From Bifidobacteriaceae bacterium (GTDB lineage: Bacteria > Bacteroidota > Bacteroidia > Bacteroidales > Bacteroidaceae): a DNA stretch of 64,000 nt. The translations under genes were made by a program, and so were the position numbers. The notes beneath the pieces are model-generated. The model was not told where the DNA came from, ran no database searches, and was given only the letters and a program-made list of their open reading frames with translations. The stretch is from assembly GCA_963627025.1 (NCBI GenBank), contig CAVFZF010000004.1:3275-67274 (forward strand), in the 5' to 3' direction. Numbering within the stretch: the first letter of the stretch is position 1; the number at the start of each line of letters is the position of its first letter. This document shows positions 59,328 through 64,000 of this stretch, in pieces.

Positions 59328-59443
59328 CGTCTTGCAGCACACGGTTCATTCGGCGGAGAAACTCCTTTTTGGGGTATGATAAATTATGTTTGCCGTGGCG
59401 AAAAAATGTATGTGAAACATTCGGCAGAGTATGTTTTTTTTAT

Positions 59444-59451
59444 TACTTTTG
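59444..59451 (+). promoter_or_regulatory. Possible internal dcw promoter (-7 TACTTTTG) upstream of murG
   Basis: TAnnTTTG in the 156-bp AT-rich ftsW-murG gap. Confidence 0.5.
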
Positions 59452-59483
59452 CCCAAACAAAGTTTGGTTAACAGACAGTTGTA

Positions 59484-60593
59484 ATGAACAAAGAACCGAG
59501 AATTATCATCAGCGGTGGCGGCACCGGGGGACATATCTTCCCTGCTGTCTCCATTGCAAATGCCATAAAGGCAAAGCGTCCGGATGCGAAAATACTCTTC
59601 GTGGGGGCTGAGGGACGCATGGAAATGCAGCGCGTTCCGGCTGCCGGATATGAGATTGTAGGCTTGCCGGTACGCGGTCTGATACGTCCGCTTTACAGTC
59701 TGAAGAACATCGGAGTGATGCTCGACTACCTGAAAAGCAAAAGAAAAATAAAGCAAACTATACGCGAGTTCCGTCCTGACGCAGCAGTCGGGGTGGGAGG
59801 GTATGCCTCTGCACCGACCCTGAACGCCGCTGCCGCAATGGGAGTGCCCTGTCTTATCCAGGAACAAAACTCCTATGCAGGAGTGACAAACAAGTCATTG
59901 GCGAAGAAGGCACGCAAGATATGCGTGGCTTACGAAGGCATGGAACGCTTCTTCCCCAAAGACCGCATAATGCTCACGGGCAACCCGGTGCGTCAGGGAC
60001 TGCTCAATCCGGAACTGAAGAAAGACGAATGTGCCGCGCAGTTCGGCTTCTCTGCCGACAAACCATTGGTGCTTATCATCGGCGGAAGCCTCGGAGCGCG
60101 CACTGTCAACAGGAGTGTGCTGGAGAACCTTGACCTGATATCGTCGTCAGAGGTGCAGTTTGTGTGGCAGACAGGCAAGTACTATAGCAGTGCCATAGCG
60201 GAGGAGTTGGAAAAGAAAGGCAAACCTTCCAATCTCTATGTCACCGACTTTGTGTCGGCAATGGATGAGGCTTACTGTGCCGCCGACCTCGTTGTGTCGA
60301 GGGCAGGGGCAAGCAGTATCAGCGAACTTTGCCTGCTTGGGAAACCCTCAATCCTCGTTCCTTCGCCCAATGTGGCGGAAGACCACCAGACTCACAATGC
60401 CATGGCACTCGTCGACAAGGATGCTGCCATACTCGTGAAAGACGCCGAAGCAGAGGCGAAACTCATTCCACTGGCACTGGAAACCGTGGCTGATGCCGAC
60501 CGTCTCGCCACTCTCGGCAGGAATGCAAAGACGATGGCGTTTGCCGATTCCGCCGATGTCATAGCGGAGGAAGTGCTGAAACTCGCAGAATAA
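59484..60593 (+). CDS. murG: MurG glycosyltransferase
   Basis: GGGTGGHIFP; GGYAS; EQNS; GGSLGA; SRAGASS; DHQTHNA. Confidence 0.98.
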   Translation: MNKEPRIIISGGGTGGHIFPAVSIANAIKAKRPDAKILFVGAEGRMEMQRVPAAGYEIVGLPVRGLIRPLYSLKNIGVMLDYLKSKRKIKQTIREFRPDAAVGVGGYASAPTLNAAAAMGVPCLIQEQNSYAGVTNKSLAKKARKICVAYEGMERFFPKDRIMLTGNPVRQGLLNPELKKDECAAQFGFSADKPLVLIIGGSLGARTVNRSVLENLDLISSSEVQFVWQTGKYYSSAIAEELEKKGKPSNLYVTDFVSAMDEAYCAADLVVSRAGASSISELCLLGKPSILVPSPNVAEDHQTHNAMALVDKDAAILVKDAEAEAKLIPLALETVADADRLATLGRNAKTMAFADSADVIAEEVLKLAE

Positions 60594-60601
60594 AAAGGGA
60601 A

Positions 60602-61984
60602 ATGGAACTTAAAGACATAAAGGCTGTTTATTTCGTAGGTGCCGGCGGCATAGGCATGAGCGCCATTGCACGTTTCTTCATAAGCAAGGGAATGGTTGTG
60701 GCAGGATATGACAAGACCCCCTCGGAACTTACCGGCAGACTGGAAAAGGAGGGCATGCTCCTGCACTATGAGGAGAACGTAGACCTCATACCGCAGGCTT
60801 GCCGCAATCCGCAGTCGTGTCTTGTGGTCTACACTCCGGCAGTGCCGCACGACCACAAGGAACTGGCGTACTTCCAAGAGGGAGGCTTTGAGATAGAGAA
60901 AAGGGCGCAGGTGCTCGGCACACTCACACGTTCACACAAGGGACTGTGTGTCGCGGGAACGCACGGAAAGACCACCACATCGACCATGTGCGCCCATATC
61001 ATGCACCAGAGCCGACTTGACTGCAACGCCTTCCTGGGCGGAATCTCAAAGAATTACGGCACAAACTGCATCCTTTCGCCAGAGAGTGACTATGTTGTAA
61101 TCGAGGCAGACGAGTTTGACAGGTCGTTCCATTGGCTTCGCCCATGGATGAGTGTGATAACCAGCACCGACCCGGACCATCTCGACATATACGGTACAAA
61201 GGAAGCGTATCTCGAGAGTTTCCGCCACTACACCACGCTTATCCAACCGGGAGGAGCACTCATCGTCCGCAAAGGACTGGAGATGAAAGCCGATGTGCAG
61301 GCAGGTGTGAACGTCTATGAGTACAGCCGTGACGAGGGCGATTTCCATGCCGAGAACATCAGGATAGGTGACGGCAGGATAACATTTGACTTCATCTCGC
61401 CCATAGAACGTGTCGGCGGAGTGGAGTTGGGACAGCCGATACCAATCAATATAGAGAACGGTGTCGCCGCCATGGCTATGGCTCAACTCAACGGATGCAC
61501 GGCAGAGGAACTGCGCTACGGCATGAAGACCTTCAAGGGAGTGGACCGCCGTTTTGACTTCAAGATAAAGAACGACCGCCATGTGCTCATCTCTGACTAT
61601 GCTCATCACCCGAAAGAGATATACCAGAGTGCCAAGAGCATCAGGGAACTGTATGCCGGACGCAAGATAACGGCGATATTCCAGCCGCATCTCTACACCC
61701 GTACACGCGATTTCTACCGTGACTTTGCCGCAGCGTTGAGCCAACTTGACGAGGTCGTGTTGTGCGATATCTATCCGGCAAGGGAACTTCCCATACCCGG
61801 TGTGACGAGCAGTCTGATCTACGACAACCTGGCTGACGGTGTGGAGAAGAACATGATAAAGGTCACCGACGTGCTGGACTATGTGAAGGGACGTGACTTT
61901 GACGTGCTGGTGATTCTCGGTGCGGGAGACCTCGACAACTATGTGCCGGAGATAGCAAAACTGATAGAAGAAAAAGAAAACTGA
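60602..61984 (+). CDS. murC: MurC ligase
   Basis: GAGGIGMSAIA; AGTHGKTTT; EADEFD; DYAHHP; FQPHLYTRT. Confidence 0.98.
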   Translation: MELKDIKAVYFVGAGGIGMSAIARFFISKGMVVAGYDKTPSELTGRLEKEGMLLHYEENVDLIPQACRNPQSCLVVYTPAVPHDHKELAYFQEGGFEIEKRAQVLGTLTRSHKGLCVAGTHGKTTTSTMCAHIMHQSRLDCNAFLGGISKNYGTNCILSPESDYVVIEADEFDRSFHWLRPWMSVITSTDPDHLDIYGTKEAYLESFRHYTTLIQPGGALIVRKGLEMKADVQAGVNVYEYSRDEGDFHAENIRIGDGRITFDFISPIERVGGVELGQPIPINIENGVAAMAMAQLNGCTAEELRYGMKTFKGVDRRFDFKIKNDRHVLISDYAHHPKEIYQSAKSIRELYAGRKITAIFQPHLYTRTRDFYRDFAAALSQLDEVVLCDIYPARELPIPGVTSSLIYDNLADGVEKNMIKVTDVLDYVKGRDFDVLVILGAGDLDNYVPEIAKLIEEKEN

Positions 61985-62772
61985 TGTCGGCGCGTGTCAA
62001 GAAAGCCTGTCTGGTGATAGCAGACCTATGCATTGCGGCTTACATAGTGGTCGCATTCTCGGCTTTCAACAAGCCGGAGAGGAAGCACCGCGTGTGCAAG
62101 GAGGTCAACATAACGGTGGAGGATGCCGCCACAAACGGCTTTATCAACGTCACGGAAGTGCAGAACCGCCTCAAGGGACTGCACCTCTATCCGAAAGGAA
62201 GGGAACTTTCCACCGTCAGTTGCCGCAAGATAGAGGATGCACTGCTTGCCACCCCGTTTGTGAAAACTGCCGACTGCTACAAGGACGAGGCGGGAATGGT
62301 GAACGTGAGCATCACCCAACGGCTGCCGGTAGTGAGGATAAAGTCCGTCAACAACGATGATTTCTATGTCGACGACAGGGACTGCATAATGCCAAACTCC
62401 GTCTATACGTCGGATTTGATAATAGCCACCGGCTACATCAGCAGGTCGTTTGCCACGCTCTATGTGTCGCCTTTGGCACGTCGACTGATGTCCGATGACT
62501 TTTGCAGAAACATGTTCTTGCAGATAAACATCACCCGTGACCTCGGTGTGGAACTGGTGCCTCGTCTCGGCAACAGCGTGATTTATCTCGGACACATGCC
62601 GGAGAGCAGGGTGAAAGGCGAGCGTGCGGAACTCATCAACGCTTTCGTCGACAGGAAGATGAAGCGCCTGAAGGCGTTCTACAAGTATGGTCTGTCGGTG
62701 GCAGGATGGAACAAATACTCGGAGATAAATCTCGAGTTTGACAATCAGATAATATGTAAACGTGCCGAATGA
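61984..62772 (+). CDS. ftsQ: Cell division protein FtsQ/DivIB
   Basis: N-terminal TM; QRLPVVRI; GWNKYSEINLEFDNQIIC; lies between murC and ftsA. Confidence 0.9.
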   Translation: MSARVKKACLVIADLCIAAYIVVAFSAFNKPERKHRVCKEVNITVEDAATNGFINVTEVQNRLKGLHLYPKGRELSTVSCRKIEDALLATPFVKTADCYKDEAGMVNVSITQRLPVVRIKSVNNDDFYVDDRDCIMPNSVYTSDLIIATGYISRSFATLYVSPLARRLMSDDFCRNMFLQINITRDLGVELVPRLGNSVIYLGHMPESRVKGERAELINAFVDRKMKRLKAFYKYGLSVAGWNKYSEINLEFDNQIICKRAE

Positions 62773-62819
62773 GACGGCATCTGACAAAAAGGAAAACAAC
62801 AAGAAAAACATAATAAGGT

Positions 62820-64000
62820 ATGGCAAAGGAATTTATCGTGGCCATTGAACTCGGCTCATCCAAGGTTACAGGTATCGCCGGAAAGAAAAACCTCGACGGC
62901 AGTATCTCGGTTCTTGCAGTCGTACAGGAGAATTCTTCGTCCTACATACGCAGGGGCGTGGTCTACAATCTCGACAAGACGATGCAGTCGCTCATAAACA
63001 TAAGGAAGCGCCTTGAGAACCAGTTGCACACCAGAATACAGCAAGTATATGTCGGAGTGGGCGGACAGAGTATCATCGGAGTGAAGAACGTGATTGTCAA
63101 AGACCTGCCGGAAGATACCGTTGTCAAGCAGGAAATGGTCAACGAACTCATGGATGCGAACCGCAACATGGACTATCCTGACCGAGAAATACTCGATGCC
63201 ATAACGCTGGAATACAAGGTCGACACGCAGATGCAGGCAGACCCTGTCGGCATACAGTGTTCGCATCTTGAGGGCAACTTCCTCAACATACTCTGGAGGA
63301 AGACTTTCTACCGCAATCTCAACAAGTGCTTCAATGACGCCAGAATACCCATTGCAGAGATGTACCTCGCTCCGCTGGCTCTCGCCGACAGTGTGCTCAC
63401 CGAGAGTGAACGCCACTCAGGCTGCGTGCTCGTGGACATGGGTGCGGACACTACCACCGTGTCGGTATACTACAAGAACGTGCTGCGCCACCTTGCAGTG
63501 ATACCTCTGGGAGGCAATAACATCACACGCGACATCGCAACGGAACAGATAGACGAGGTGGATGCGGAAAAGATGAAACTGAAATACGGCTCTGCCTATA
63601 CCAACTATGCGGACATTGACAACGAGGAGACGCTGCCTATTGACAGCGAGAGGTCTCTGCCGAAACGCCGTTTCGTCGATATTGTGGAGGCCCGTATGGA
63701 GGAGATCGTCGAGAATGTATGGAATCAGGTGCCGGCAGAATACTGCAACAGACTGCTCGGAGGTGTCATCCTCACCGGCGGCGGAGCGAATATGCCGAAC
63801 GTAGACAAGGTGTTCCGCAACAAGAAACGGGTGGAGAAGGTGCGCATAGCCAAGACTGTCATGCAGACAATAGACTCCACTCTGCCTGAGGTGAAAGCCA
63901 ACGACTGCCGGATGAACACAGTAATAGGACTGCTGGCAAAGGGTGACATGAACTGCGCTGGTGCTGAATTGGGTACAGACCTGTTTAATCCGGTGAACGG
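62820..64000 (+). CDS. ftsA: Cell division protein FtsA (runs off the window end; absent from the ORF track)
   Basis: Hand translation from ATG 62820: MAKEFIVAIELGSSKVTGIAG; GCVLVDMGADTT; IPLGGNNIT; GVILTGGGANM. Confidence 0.95.
   Translation, partial: MAKEFIVAIELGSSKVTGIAGKKNLDGSISVLAVVQENSSSYIRRGVVYNLDKTMQSLINIRKRLENQLHTRIQQVYVGVGGQSIIGVKNVIVKDLPEDTVVKQEMVNELMDANRNMDYPDREILDAITLEYKVDTQMQADPVGIQCSHLEGNFLNILWRKTFYRNLNKCFNDARIPIAEMYLAPLALADSVLTESERHSGCVLVDMGADTTTVSVYYKNVLRHLAVIPLGGNNITRDIATEQIDEVDAEKMKLKYGSAYTNYADIDNEETLPIDSERSLPKRRFVDIVEARMEEIVENVWNQVPAEYCNRLLGGVILTGGGANMPNVDKVFRNKKRVEKVRIAKTVMQTIDSTLPEVKANDCRMNTVIGLLAKGDMNCAGAELGTDLFNPVN

Noticed and set aside
54..62826. Many long antisense or overlapping ORFs (e.g. 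3417-4634, 17173-18333, 33703-35136, 37634-38833, 53959-55359)
   Set aside because: They shadow well-supported genes, have no recognisable motifs, and are expected from codon bias that leaves few stops on the opposite strand.
50352..64000. murF, ddl and murB missing from the dcw cluster
   Set aside because: Usual Bacteroidetes arrangement; these genes normally lie elsewhere.
1..64000. Stop-codon reassignment, CRISPR, IS, prophage, tRNA or rRNA
   Set aside because: TAA, TAG and TGA all end conserved genes at expected positions, and no repeat-spacer array, transposase, integrase or structural RNA was seen.

Overview
Chromosomal window from a Bacteroidales bacterium, probably Prevotellaceae (TAnnTTTG -7 promoter boxes, SusC/SusD, hybrid two-component system, T9SS C-terminal domains). 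1-35.3 kb is a large polysaccharide utilisation locus: two SusC/SusD pairs interleaved with three fasciclin (FAS1) proteins, a T9SS-type FG-GAP beta-propeller protein, GH36, a phosphatase lipoprotein plus MFS transporter cassette, GH95, GH2 beta-mannosidase, an HTCS and two paralogous clan GH-D alpha-galactosidases. 35.4-48.1 kb holds maoC-like, rimP-nusA-infB, sufB-[GH53::cyclophilin fusion]-sufC-sufD-sufS and rnhB. 48.1-50.0 kb (minus strand) holds the glycine-lipid acyltransferase pair. 50.3-64 kb is the dcw cluster from rsmH to a partial ftsA, with no mraZ. I saw no mobile elements, CRISPR arrays, tRNA or rRNA. Most notable: near-total depletion of AGCT across the window (three copies by manual scan, possibly an AG-m5C-T methylation/restriction footprint), a secreted GH53-cyclophilin fusion inside the suf operon, a lipoprotein PTP-like phosphatase with an unusual N-terminal domain inside the PUL, and the FAS1/FG-GAP adhesion-fold-rich SusCD module. 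All calls are by-eye motif recognition; no searches were run.
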